Below are positions 18,825 to 28,150 of a stretch of 64,000 bases of DNA, in pieces. A model generated the notes under the pieces. That model worked only from the letters and a program-made list of their open reading frames with translations. It searched no databases and was not told where the DNA came from. The stretch spans positions 1,696,001 to 1,760,000 of the forward strand of contig OZ241326.1 of the NCBI GenBank assembly GCA_965199855.1, in the 5' to 3' direction. This DNA is from a bacterium (GTDB lineage Bacteria; UBA8248). Position 1 is the first letter of the stretch. Each line of letters begins with the position of its first letter. The position numbers and the translations under genes were made by a program.

Positions 18825-19457
18825 ATGGAAGCGGCCGCGGCGGTTCCAAAAGAAACGAGAATGTCCGGAACGAGACGCAGGATCGTGGAGGCGGCCGCAA
18901 GGCTCGTCTATTACAAGGGTTTTCACGCCACCTCCCTGGACATGGTGGCGCGGGCCGCCCGCGTGAACCGGGGAAGTCTGTATTATTTCTTTCGCTCGAA
19001 GAAGAACCTGGGGCTGGCCGTCATCGATCACTATGAGTCCATGCTCCATGAGAGCTATCTTTCCCCCGCGCTCGGCGGAGCGGCGAAGGGGAGCGAGAAA
19101 ATGCGGCGTCTGGCGGAGCGCTACGCCCGGATGCCGGCCCAGGATTCTCCGTGCTGCGGATGCCCCATCGGGAACCTCTCGCTCGAGCTCAGCGGCCTGG
19201 ACGAGGAGATGCGCGTCCGCCTGAAAGCCGTCTGGGAGGGGGTTTTCGGGAAAATCGCCCTCGTTCTGGAGCAGTCGCGGGAGGAAGGGGAGCTTCCGGG
19301 AGATATCGACCCGCTCCTGTGCGCGCGCTCTTTCTTCTCGCAGATACAGGGGGCGCACATCATCGCGAGATGCTCCCGGGACGAGTCTTCCCTGCGCGCC
19401 GACTGCGGGCGCGCCGTCGCGAGCCTGCCCTGGGCGAAGAGGGGAGAGGGGAAATGA
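18825..19457 (+). CDS. TetR/AcrR family regulator (NemR-like, Cys-rich)
   Basis: HTH TRRRIVEAAARL..KGFHATSLDMVAR..GSLYYFFRSK; C-domain CCGCPIGNL; alternative start 18861. Confidence 0.9.
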   Translation: MEAAAAVPKETRMSGTRRRIVEAAARLVYYKGFHATSLDMVARAARVNRGSLYYFFRSKKNLGLAVIDHYESMLHESYLSPALGGAAKGSEKMRRLAERYARMPAQDSPCCGCPIGNLSLELSGLDEEMRVRLKAVWEGVFGKIALVLEQSREEGELPGDIDPLLCARSFFSQIQGAHIIARCSRDESSLRADCGRAVASLPWAKRGEGK

Positions 19458-20605
19458 ACGCGGAAGGGCGCGGGTTTCGACGCGGAAGCCCCCCCGGTTC
19501 GAGAGGGAGAGGCTGGCTCGTCTGGGCCGCTTTTCTGGCGGGGGCGGGGCTGGTCTGGCTGTTCACGGAGGGCTATTTCCAGAGGGTTCAGGATCCGGAC
19601 GCCGCGCCCCGCCCGGTCACGCCGCGCGGCGATCTGGCGGCCGAGGAGCAATCCAACATCGAGCTCTTTCGCGCCGCCTCCCCCTCGGTGGTCTATATCA
19701 CGAGGCTGGCGATGCGGCGGCGCGGGATGTTCAGCCTCAACCTGTTCGAGATTCCGCAGGGCACGGGCACGGGCTTCGTCTGGAACGACCGGGGCCACGT
19801 CATCACGAATCTGCACGTCATTCAGCGCGCGAGCGCCCTGCGCGTCACCCTGGCGGACGGCTCGGAGTGGGAGGCGCGCGTCGTGGGCGCGGCGCCGGAT
19901 CATGACCTGGCGGTTCTCTTCATCAACGCGCCGAAAAGACGCCTCAAGCCGATCTCCGTCGGCCGCTCCGCCAGCCTCCAGGTGGGCCAGAGGGTGTTCG
20001 CCATCGGCAATCCCTTCGGGCTGGATCAGACGCTCACGACGGGCATCATCAGCGCCCTGGGACGCGAGATCGACAGCGCCTCCGGCCGCAAGATCAGCGG
20101 CGTCATCCAGACGGACGCCGCCATCAATCCGGGCAATTCCGGGGGGCCGCTGCTGGACAGCGCCGCGCGCCTCATAGGCGTCAACACCGCCATTTTCAGC
20201 CCCTCGGGCTCCAGCGCGGGCATCGGCTTCGCCGTTCCCGTGGACACCGTGAACAGGGTCGTTCCCCAGCTGATTCGCCACGGCCGCGTCACGCGGCCGG
20301 GCCTCGGCGTCCACGTGGCCGATCGGGGAACGGCGGCGCGCTTCGGGGCGCGGGGGGTGCTGATCCTCCGCGTGCAGAAGGGCAGCGCCGCCGAGGCGGC
20401 GGGGCTGCGCGGCACGAGGAGAGGCGCGGGGGGGCGGCTTCTGCTCGGCGACGTCATCGTGGGCGTGGGGGCCGCGTCCGTCGCCTCGCCCGATGAGCTG
20501 CTGAACGCGCTCGACGCGCGCAAGGTGGGAGACGTCGTGGAGGTGCGCTTCACGCGCGGCGGAAAACAGATGAGCGTGAGCGTGAAGCTTCAGGCGCTCG
20601 GCTAG
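19454..20605 (+). CDS. htrA: HtrA/DegP-family serine protease with one PDZ domain
   Basis: GTGTGF, TNLHV, DLAVL, AIGNPFG, IQTDAAINPGNSGGPL, C-terminal PDZ; ATG overlaps the tetR stop (ATGA). Confidence 0.93.
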   Translation: MNAEGRGFRRGSPPGSRGRGWLVWAAFLAGAGLVWLFTEGYFQRVQDPDAAPRPVTPRGDLAAEEQSNIELFRAASPSVVYITRLAMRRRGMFSLNLFEIPQGTGTGFVWNDRGHVITNLHVIQRASALRVTLADGSEWEARVVGAAPDHDLAVLFINAPKRRLKPISVGRSASLQVGQRVFAIGNPFGLDQTLTTGIISALGREIDSASGRKISGVIQTDAAINPGNSGGPLLDSAARLIGVNTAIFSPSGSSAGIGFAVPVDTVNRVVPQLIRHGRVTRPGLGVHVADRGTAARFGARGVLILRVQKGSAAEAAGLRGTRRGAGGRLLLGDVIVGVGAASVASPDELLNALDARKVGDVVEVRFTRGGKQMSVSVKLQALG

Positions 20606-20620
20606 GAAGGAGGGTTCGCC

Positions 20621-23035
20621 GTGTCCGTTCATTCGATTCCCGAGAGTCTGGAAATTCCGGTCGAGGGCATGTCGTGCGCGGCGTGCTCCGCCAGACTGGA
20701 GAAGCGGCTGGGCGCGCTGGAGGGCGTTCTGCGCGCCCGCGTGAGCCTGGCCTCGGCGCGCGCGCGCGTCGAGTTCGTCCCCGCCCGGGTGTCGCCCGCC
20801 GATATCGCCGAAAGGGTGGAGAAGACGGGCTTCCGCGTTCCGAATGCGAGCTTGGGCCTCGCCATCGAGGGCATGAGCTGCGCCGCGTGCGCCGCCCGCG
20901 TGGAAAAGCGGCTGAACGATCTCGCGGGCGTCGTCGCCGCGAGCGTGAATTTCTCGGCGGGCCGGGGCCGGGTCGAGTTCCGGCCGGGGATCGCCTCGGC
21001 CGGGCGCATTCTCGAATGCGTGGCGCGGACGGGATATTCCGCCCGCGCCCTGGCGGACGGGGAGCGGGACGCGGAGCAGTCCGAGCGCGCGCGGCGGCTG
21101 AGGAGAAGCGCGCGCCTGCTCGCCGCCTCCGCGGTTTTGTCCGCGCCCTTCCTGGCGGGGATGCTCGCCATGCTCATCGACGCGCCGGGCTGGGAGCTTC
21201 CCCGATGGTGGCAATTCGCGCTCGCCACGCCCGTGCAGTTCGTCGCGGGCTGGCGGTTCTATCGGGGGGCGTATCATTCGCTTCGGGGCGGCGGCGCGAA
21301 CATGGACGTTCTCGTCGCTCTGGGCACGAGCGCGGCCTGGCTGCACAGCAGCGTCGTGACCCTGGGGGGGCTGAGCGCGCATCACGTGTATTTCGAGGCG
21401 TCCGCGATGCTGATCACGCTCATCCTGCTCGGGAAAACCCTCGAGGAGCGCGCGATGGGCAGGACGTCCGAGGCGATCAGGAAACTGATGGACCTTCGGC
21501 CGAGGACGGCGCGCGTCCTGCGCGGCGGAGAGGAGCGCGAGGTCCCCGTGGACGAGGTGCGGGTGGGCGATATCGTCATGGTGCGGCCGGGGGAGAAATA
21601 CCCCGTGGACGGAATCATCGTGGAGGGCGCCACCTCCGTGGATGAGTCCATGCTGACGGGCGAGAGCGTTCCCGTGGAAAAGGGCGTGGGGGACGCCGTC
21701 GCCGGTGCCTCCATCAACATCGACGGGGCGGTGCGGTTCGAGGCCGCGAAGGTGGGAGCGGAAACCCTGCTCGCGCGGATCATCTGGATGGTGGAGCGGG
21801 CGCAGATCTCCCGGGCGCCGATTCAGCGCGCGGCGGATCGGGTTTCGGGCGTGTTCGTTCCCTGCGCGCTGGGAATCGCCGCGCTCACGTTCGCCGTCTG
21901 GTACGCGCTGGGGGAGTTCGCCCCCGCGCTGATAAACGCCGCCGCCGTTCTGGTCATCGCCTGTCCGTGCGCCCTGGGGCTGGCGACGCCCACGGCCATC
22001 ATGGTGGGCGCGGGGAAGGGCGCCGAGACGGGCATCCTCATCAAGGGCGGCGAGTCTCTGGAGACGGCCCACAAAATAGACGCCCTCATCATGGACAAGA
22101 CGGGGACGCTGACCACCGGAAAGCCCGTCGTGACGGACGTCCTGCCGTTTGGCGATCTGCGGGAGGAGGAGCTGCTCCGGCTGGCGGCGAGCGCGGAGCG
22201 CGGCTCGGAGCATCCCCTGGGCAGGGCGCTGGTGGAGGAGAGCGAGGCGCGCGGGACGGCGCCGCTCGACATGAGCGATTTCCGCGCCCTCCCGGGGCGC
22301 GGCGTCGAGGCGAGAGTGGCGGGGCGGAAAATCTGTCTCGGCAACGAGAAACTCATGGCGGAGCGCGGCGTGGACGCGGGTCGCCACGCCGCCGCCGTTC
22401 GGCGTCTCGAAGCCGAGGGCAAAACCGTGGCGCTCCTCGCCGACGAGGGGGGGGCGGCGCTGGGCGCCCTTGCGGTCGCCGACTCCCTGAAGGAGGGCGC
22501 GGCGGAGGCCGTTTCGTCCCTCCGGGGTCTGGGGATGGAAATTTACATGATGACCGGGGACAACGAGCGAACGGCGCGCGCCGCCGCGGCGCGGGCGGGC
22601 ATCTCCCGCGTGATGGCGGACGTGATGCCGGACCAAAAAGCGGCCATGGTGGAGCGGCTCAGGCGGGATGGCGCGAAGGTGGGCATGGTGGGCGACGGCA
22701 TCAACGACGCCCCGGCGCTCGCCGCCGCCGACGTGGGGTTCGCCGTCGGCGGCGGGACGGACATCGCCATGGAAGCGGCCGACGTCACGCTGATTCAGGG
22801 CGATCTGGCGGGCGTCCCGGCCGCCATTCAGCTTTCGAGAGCCACGATGCGGAAAATCCGCCAGAACCTTTTCTGGGCGTTTTTCTACAACGTTCTCGGC
22901 ATCCCCCTGGCGGCGCTGGGATTTCTGAACCCCGTCTTCGCCGGCGCGGCCATGGCGTTCAGTTCGGTGTCCGTCGTGTCGAACGCCCTCCTGCTGCGAA
23001 GATGGAAGCCGGACCGCCCGGGGAGCGCGGATTAG
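20621..23035 (+). CDS. copA: Cu(I)-translocating P1B-type ATPase
   Basis: Two GMSCAAC metal-binding domains, [26 protein letters not shown] and MxxSS motifs. Confidence 0.94.
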   Translation: MSVHSIPESLEIPVEGMSCAACSARLEKRLGALEGVLRARVSLASARARVEFVPARVSPADIAERVEKTGFRVPNASLGLAIEGMSCAACAARVEKRLNDLAGVVAASVNFSAGRGRVEFRPGIASAGRILECVARTGYSARALADGERDAEQSERARRLRRSARLLAASAVLSAPFLAGMLAMLIDAPGWELPRWWQFALATPVQFVAGWRFYRGAYHSLRGGGANMDVLVALGTSAAWLHSSVVTLGGLSAHHVYFEASAMLITLILLGKTLEERAMGRTSEAIRKLMDLRPRTARVLRGGEEREVPVDEVRVGDIVMVRPGEKYPVDGIIVEGATSVDESMLTGESVPVEKGVGDAVAGASINIDGAVRFEAAKVGAETLLARIIWMVERAQISRAPIQRAADRVSGVFVPCALGIAALTFAVWYALGEFAPALINAAAVLVIACPCALGLATPTAIMVGAGKGAETGILIKGGESLETAHKIDALIMDKTGTLTTGKPVVTDVLPFGDLREEELLRLAASAERGSEHPLGRALVEESEARGTAPLDMSDFRALPGRGVEARVAGRKICLGNEKLMAERGVDAGRHAAAVRRLEAEGKTVALLADEGGAALGALAVADSLKEGAAEAVSSLRGLGMEIYMMTGDNERTARAAAARAGISRVMADVMPDQKAAMVERLRRDGAKVGMVGDGINDAPALAAADVGFAVGGGTDIAMEAADVTLIQGDLAGVPAAIQLSRATMRKIRQNLFWAFFYNVLGIPLAALGFLNPVFAGAAMAFSSVSVVSNALLLRRWKPDRPGSAD

Positions 23036-23097
23036 ATTTTCGGGGAGCCTTCTCGCCCTGCGCGCCGCGATTGAGGACGCCTCTTTGACCGGCGCGC

Positions 23098-23166
23098 GTC
23101 ATTCCGGCGAAAGCCGGAATCCGGTGTTTTCCGTGAGTTGCGGATTGTCGCCTTCGCCGCAATGAC
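23098..23166. repeat. Palindromic REP/dRS3-like miniature element
   Basis: GTCATTCCGGCGAAAGCCGGAATCC (23098-23122) and an imperfect inverted copy (23142-23166) between convergent genes. Confidence 0.65.
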
Positions 23167-23313
23167 GGCGAAAACGACGGGGAGGTCTCTCGCTTTTAAT
23201 ATATTCAATAACAATACGTTGGATTTGGTTGTCTGATGTATTTTCTCTGAAAATTCCGGAAATTCGCTCCCCCTTCCGTGAAGCGCGAAATACGCCGTCG
23301 CCTTCCGACGAGC

Positions 23314-23937
23314 CTACCTCGGCTGTCCGTCCTCGAAACTCCTTTCCAGAAACTCGCCGAGCGCGCACTGCCAGAAGCCGTTGAGGCGGCCGATGGGCGC
23401 GAGCTTTTTCATGTCGATGTACGCGCCCGTCATCACCTCCGGGCTGACGTGGAAATAGACGACCTCCCCAATGAGCAGGGGGTGCCTGTTCGACCCCAGC
23501 TCGAATACCTTGTGGGTCTCGCACTCGAAATGAATGGGCGCGTCCTTGACGCGGGGCGCCTTCACCTTCCTGGCGGGGGCGGGCGTGAGGCCGGTGGCCT
23601 CGAATTCGCTCTCTTCGGCGGGAATGCCGTTCGCCGTGTCCACCATCTGCTTCCAGTGCCGCTCGGTGACCACGTTGAAGCAGAACTCTCCGGTCTCCTC
23701 CGCGTTGATGAGGGTGTGCTTTTTCGTTCCGTCGGGGTTTCGCGCCACGGTGAGGGAGATCATCGGCGGCGCCACGCACACGCAGGTGAAGAAGCTGAAG
23801 GGCGCGATGTTGTGAATCCCGTCCCTGCTGATGGAGGACGCCCAGCCGATGGGGCGCGGAACGATGGAGCCGGTGAGCAGGCGATAGATCTCGCGCCGCT
23901 CCAGTTCGTCGGGGTCGAATTCCAGGTAATCGCTCAT
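23314..23937 (-). CDS. Flavin reductase-like family protein
   Basis: IVPRPIGW, NIAPFSFF, KHTLIN..TGEFCFN, PRV...PIHFEC, IGRLNG. Confidence 0.9.
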   Translation of the reverse strand: MSDYLEFDPDELERREIYRLLTGSIVPRPIGWASSISRDGIHNIAPFSFFTCVCVAPPMISLTVARNPDGTKKHTLINAEETGEFCFNVVTERHWKQMVDTANGIPAEESEFEATGLTPAPARKVKAPRVKDAPIHFECETHKVFELGSNRHPLLIGEVVYFHVSPEVMTGAYIDMKKLAPIGRLNGFWQCALGEFLERSFEDGQPR

Positions 23938-23983
23938 CGGGAACCTCAAAGGCTGTGGGGGCGTCGGCGTCCTCTCGCGGCGG

Positions 23984-24751
23984 CTACGCCATGAAGCGGC
24001 CCGCGTTCACGGCGATGGTCTGGCCCGTGAGGTAGGCCGATTCGGGCGACGCCAGCATGAGCACCCAGCCCACGACGTCCTCCACCTCGGCGACGCGGCC
24101 GAGGAGCGTGCCCTTGCCGATCATCTCGCGCTGCTCCTCGGAGCGAACCGCGACGACGCGCTCGGTCAGGGTGGTTCCCGGCGCGATGGCGTTGACGCGG
24201 ACGTTGAACTTTCCCAGGTCGTAGGCGAGCACGCGGGTGAGGGCGTGGACGCCCGCCTTGGCCGCCGCGTAGGGCGGGGAGGAGGGCTGGAGGGTGGTGA
24301 GTCCCGACATGGAGCCCAGGCTGATCACGCAGCCGCCGTTCTGCTTCTCGAAGACGGGCGTCAGGTATTTCGAGGTGAGAAAAACGCTTTTGAGATTCCT
24401 GTCCACCACCGCGTCCCATTCCTCCTCCGGGGTGTCGCCCATCGAGAGCTGCTGATGGAAGCCGCCCGCGCAGTTGACGAAAATGTCGATGCGGCCTCCC
24501 TCGCCCGCCGCCCGCTCTATCATTCGCCTGACGGCCGCCGAATCGGTGAGGTCGCAGGCGATGAAGGCGGCGTCGCCCCCCCTGCCGCGAATGCCGGCGG
24601 CCGCGGCCTCTCCCGGCTCCCTGTCGATGTCCACGAGATAGGCCTTGGCGCCCGCCTCGGCGAACGCCTCCGCGGAGGCCTTGCCGATGCCGCGCGACGC
24701 GCCGGTGACGACGGCGACCTGCCCTGAAAAATCAAATCTCGTCTTGCCCAT
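23984..24751 (-). CDS. Classical SDR oxidoreductase
   Basis: TGASRGIG, VNCAG, YAAAK, VNAIAPG; true start is the ATG at 24751 inside a longer ORF. Confidence 0.9.
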   Translation of the reverse strand: MGKTRFDFSGQVAVVTGASRGIGKASAEAFAEAGAKAYLVDIDREPGEAAAAGIRGRGGDAAFIACDLTDSAAVRRMIERAAGEGGRIDIFVNCAGGFHQQLSMGDTPEEEWDAVVDRNLKSVFLTSKYLTPVFEKQNGGCVISLGSMSGLTTLQPSSPPYAAAKAGVHALTRVLAYDLGKFNVRVNAIAPGTTLTERVVAVRSEEQREMIGKGTLLGRVAEVEDVVGWVLMLASPESAYLTGQTIAVNAGRFMA

Positions 24752-24972
24752 GAAGCCCCCTCCCCGGAGGATGATGCGCCTTGACCGGCTTTCGGAATGG
24801 AAGCGCGCGCCTCGCAAGCTCCGCTCCCGCCGGGCCGCGCGGCAGGCGCCCGGAGCGATGCGCAGTTCTGCACGGGGGGCGGCCTTTTGGCAAGCGCGCC
24901 GGCGTTTTGCGGGCGGCGGACGCCCCTCGTCCCGCGAAATGAGGACAAGGCGGCCGGCCCGGCGGGCGGGGT

Positions 24973-25131
24973 TCAGCCGCCTCCCTTGATGAGGCGCGCG
25001 ATCGTGTCGATGATGCCGTTGTCGAAAAGCGTCCACGCCGTAACCACCACGACGAGCGCGAGGACGCCCAGCAGCAGATACTCGAGCAGGCCGTGTCCGG
25101 CGGCGGGCTTGCGGGTGGGGTTTTTCGCCAT
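24973..25131 (-). CDS. Small Flp/Fap pilin-like protein (52 aa, absent from the ORF track)
   Basis: MAKNPTRKPAAG|HGLLEYLLLGVLALVVVVTAWTLFDNGIIDTIARLIKGGG: basic leader, G|xxxxEY motif, hydrophobic helix; TATAAT on the minus strand at 25182-25187. Confidence 0.6.
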   Translation of the reverse strand: MAKNPTRKPAAGHGLLEYLLLGVLALVVVVTAWTLFDNGIIDTIARLIKGGG

Positions 25132-25315
25132 GCGGGGGATTCTCGCGCCATCGGGGAGAACGGGGGCGGCCGGCTCCCGGGATTATATTCGCAATTCCCC
25201 GCCCGTGAAACCCGAAGCGGCGGGGAAGAAGACGGGAATGGACAAGGGGGCGGCATCCGTTTATGGTAAGTTCGAGAGCCGCCCTCTCCTCTCGTCCCGG
25301 AGCCTTGTGATTCGG

Positions 25316-25879
25316 ATGGACTCTGCGAAAAACAATTTCGGCGAGGCCGAAAAAATACGCACGGAAGCGATTGGCGTCGCGGGCAAGAGGATTTTTCGCA
25401 TCCTGATCGATTGCCCCTCCAGGGCGGCCGCCACGCTCTGGTTGGAAAAAGAGCAGGTCTATGGCCTTTCGATGGCGATAAGGAAGATGATGGAGGAGAA
25501 GGGCGGGGACGAGCGGCGTCGGGATCAGGAGGCGGATTTTCCCGACGTCGCCGAGATCGATTCCGCGCCCGTGAGTTCGGGCGGCGCGCTCGAGTTCAAG
25601 GTGAGCCGCCTGGGGCTGGCGTATGGCCCGGGCGACGGCCGCGTCACCATCTTCTTCCACGACGAGCGCGACGAGGCGGCCGAGGGCGGGGAGGAGGACG
25701 AGGAAGCCGTCGGCCCCGCCGCGCTCCAGGTGAGCCTCGCGCGCGAGCAGATGGATGCGTTCGTCATGCAGAGCCTGGAGGAATGCTCATCCGGCCGGGG
25801 AACGGACGCGCTCTCCCGCCAAGCCATGGTGGTCACCGGCAAGGTGGACCCCGGCGCGAACGGGCATTTTCATCATTAG
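25316..25879 (+). CDS. DUF3090 family protein
   Basis: AIGVAGKRIFRI, LWLEKEQV, EFKVSRLGLAY, C-terminal GR...NGH; adjacent to a SCO1664-family gene. Confidence 0.75.
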   Translation: MDSAKNNFGEAEKIRTEAIGVAGKRIFRILIDCPSRAAATLWLEKEQVYGLSMAIRKMMEEKGGDERRRDQEADFPDVAEIDSAPVSSGGALEFKVSRLGLAYGPGDGRVTIFFHDERDEAAEGGEEDEEAVGPAALQVSLAREQMDAFVMQSLEECSSGRGTDALSRQAMVVTGKVDPGANGHFHH

Positions 25880-25916
25880 CCCGCGGCGCTTATCGCCTAT
25901 CCGACAGGAACGCCCC

Positions 25917-26705
25917 GTGTCCCGCAAATCTCCATCCGGTAGCGCGCCCCCCGAAGCGCGGGAGCCGCCGGAGGCGCGCGCCCGCAGGTTCGAGCCCGGC
26001 GAGATCGAGAATCTTCTTCTCGCTTCGGAATTTCTGGGCGGCGAGCTGGTGCCGCAGGGCTCGAACTATACCTTCGCCGTGAAGATGGCGGCGGCGGATT
26101 TTCAGTTCTGGGCCATATACAAGCCGGCGAGCGGGGAGTGCCCCCTTTGGGATTTTCCCTACGGGACGCTCCATTTCCGCGAAAGGTGCTCCTTTCTGGT
26201 GAGCCGTCATCTGGGGTGGCATCTGGTTCCCCCGACGGTGATTCGGGAAGGCCCCCACGGCGAGGGCTCCCTGCAGCTCTGCGCGCCCTACGACGGGAAG
26301 TCGAACTATTTTACGCTCCGGGCGGAGACGCGCCCCGAACTGCTCCTGCTCGCGGCCTTCGACATCATGGTGAACAACGCGGACCGCAAGGGCGGGCACT
26401 GCTTCAGGGCGGAGGACGGCCGCGTCTGGGGGATCGACCACGGCCTCACGTTCCACGCCGAGCCGAAGCTGCGAACCGTCATCTGGGACTTCGCGGGGTT
26501 CTCCCTGCCCGAGGAGCGGGTGAGCGACGTCATGCGTCTCGAGGAGAGCCTGGGGAATCCCGACGACCCCCTGCGGCGCGAGATGGACGCGCTGCTGGCG
26601 CCCGAGGAAATGGAGGTTTTTCGGGAGAGGGTGGCGAAGTTCAGGGGAAAGCCGTGCCTGCCGACGCCGGAGGAGTATCGGCGCGTTCACTGGCCCTTTG
26701 AGTAG
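25917..26705 (+). CDS. SCO1664 family protein (PI3/PI4-kinase-like fold)
   Basis: GSNYTF, AIYKPASGECPLWDFPYGTL, LVPPTV.REGP.G.GSLQ, FD..VNNADRKGGH, GIDHGLTFH..KLRTVIW; GTG start with AGGA SD. Confidence 0.88.
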   Translation: MSRKSPSGSAPPEAREPPEARARRFEPGEIENLLLASEFLGGELVPQGSNYTFAVKMAAADFQFWAIYKPASGECPLWDFPYGTLHFRERCSFLVSRHLGWHLVPPTVIREGPHGEGSLQLCAPYDGKSNYFTLRAETRPELLLLAAFDIMVNNADRKGGHCFRAEDGRVWGIDHGLTFHAEPKLRTVIWDFAGFSLPEERVSDVMRLEESLGNPDDPLRREMDALLAPEEMEVFRERVAKFRGKPCLPTPEEYRRVHWPFE

Positions 26706-26751
26706 GCCGGGCGGCGCGCTCCAGAATGTCCGGGACGCCGGGAGGGAGGCG

Positions 26752-28083
26752 ATGAGAGCCTGCGGGAGCGCGGCGCGGAGCCTTCCGGCGCTTTTTCTCG
26801 CCTCTCTCGCCGTCTGCGCGGCGCCTGCCGGGTGCGGCCTCCAATATGGCCTGCCCTGGGCGGAGAGGACGGCGGGCGAGAGGCTGGCCGAGAAGCGCGC
26901 GTTCATCGCCAAAAACCCCGGCCATCCCCGGGCGAGGCGATTCCTTCGGGAGCTGGACGCCCCCGATTTTCAAAAAGCCTCCCGAATCCATACGGCCGCG
27001 GCCTACGACGAGTATCTGAAGGCGCACCCCTCGGGGAGGTACGCCCCCCGGGCGCGCCGCCGGGCGGAGCGGCTGGCGTATGACGACGCGCTCGCCTCGA
27101 AGAATCCCGCCGCCCTCGATAATTTTCTGAAGCGCTTTCCCGAAAGCCGGCTTCTGTCGGGCGCCGGGGCCGGCCCTCAGCGGGGCGAATACGAGGCCGC
27201 CAGGAAAAAAGACGACGTTCGCTCCTACAGGGCGTTCATCGCCAAATACAGGAGCGCGCGAAGCCCGTGGACCCAGGCGGCGACCCGGCGCCTGGAGCGC
27301 CTGCTGCTCGACGCGGCGAAGAAGTCCCGAAGCGTCCTGGAGCTCGAAAGATACGTCTTTGACAATCCCGGAAGCCCCTATCTCCCTGAAGCGCGCGGCG
27401 CCCTGCGCGCGGCGAGGTTCGAGCGGGCGATGCGCTCCGGCAGGAAGGCGGAGCGGGAAGCGTTTGTCCGCGAATACGAAGGCTCGAAAGAGGCCGCTCT
27501 CATGCGGCGGCGCATGGAGGAGCAGGCGCTGCGGGGCGCCGAGCGTTCCGGCCGCGTCTCGGCGCTCGAGCGGTATCTCGCGCGCTATCCGCGTTCGCCC
27601 CACAGAAAGCGGATTCTCTCCTCCATCGCCGTGATGGCGCGGGAGAGGAATCGCCAGGCCCATCGGTGGGTGCGCGCGCGCGACGCCGAAATCGAGGCGT
27701 TCAGGAAGCGCAAGTGCAAGTCCTGCAAGCCCTATCTGCGCGTCCGGGGCGCGCTGCTCAACACCGACCCCGACTTCTCCTTCGACGTGGTGGTGCAGGT
27801 TCAGCTCATCGAGAAGGGCCGGCGGTGCTGCCGCGTCAGGCGCCGGGTAAAGCATCTGCGGCCCGGGGAGAGCCGCCCGTTCTCGTTTCCCGTGCGCGGC
27901 AGAGCGCCGAAAGAGGGCCGGCCGCTTCCCCGCTATGAAGTCAGGATCGTGTCCGGCTCCGCCTACCGCGATCCGCAGGCGGAGAAGGGCGGGAGGATAG
28001 AGGGGCTGGACGGGGGCGGGGAGGGCCCTCCGGCGGATCGGTTCGCGCCGGTGCGGGTGCCGGATTTATCGCCCGTAAAATAA
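26752..28083 (+). CDS. Putative lipoprotein with TPR-like repeats and a C-terminal FxLYD-like beta domain
   Basis: Signal peptide ending PAGC; about 7 repeats of Y..(Y/F)L..(Y/H)P.S/G..A; VRGALLN..V.V...LRPGESRPFSF. Confidence 0.6.
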   Translation: MRACGSAARSLPALFLASLAVCAAPAGCGLQYGLPWAERTAGERLAEKRAFIAKNPGHPRARRFLRELDAPDFQKASRIHTAAAYDEYLKAHPSGRYAPRARRRAERLAYDDALASKNPAALDNFLKRFPESRLLSGAGAGPQRGEYEAARKKDDVRSYRAFIAKYRSARSPWTQAATRRLERLLLDAAKKSRSVLELERYVFDNPGSPYLPEARGALRAARFERAMRSGRKAEREAFVREYEGSKEAALMRRRMEEQALRGAERSGRVSALERYLARYPRSPHRKRILSSIAVMARERNRQAHRWVRARDAEIEAFRKRKCKSCKPYLRVRGALLNTDPDFSFDVVVQVQLIEKGRRCCRVRRRVKHLRPGESRPFSFPVRGRAPKEGRPLPRYEVRIVSGSAYRDPQAEKGGRIEGLDGGGEGPPADRFAPVRVPDLSPVK

Positions 28084-28150
28084 TGAATATCAATAAGTTG
28101 TATAAATAAACTCAAGTTGAATCGAGGCGCGTTCCGCCCTCGCTCGCCGC

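Noticed and set aside
19121-22636. 1171-aa minus-strand ORF
   Set aside because: Antisense to htrA/copA, Arg/His/Pro-rich, no domain features.
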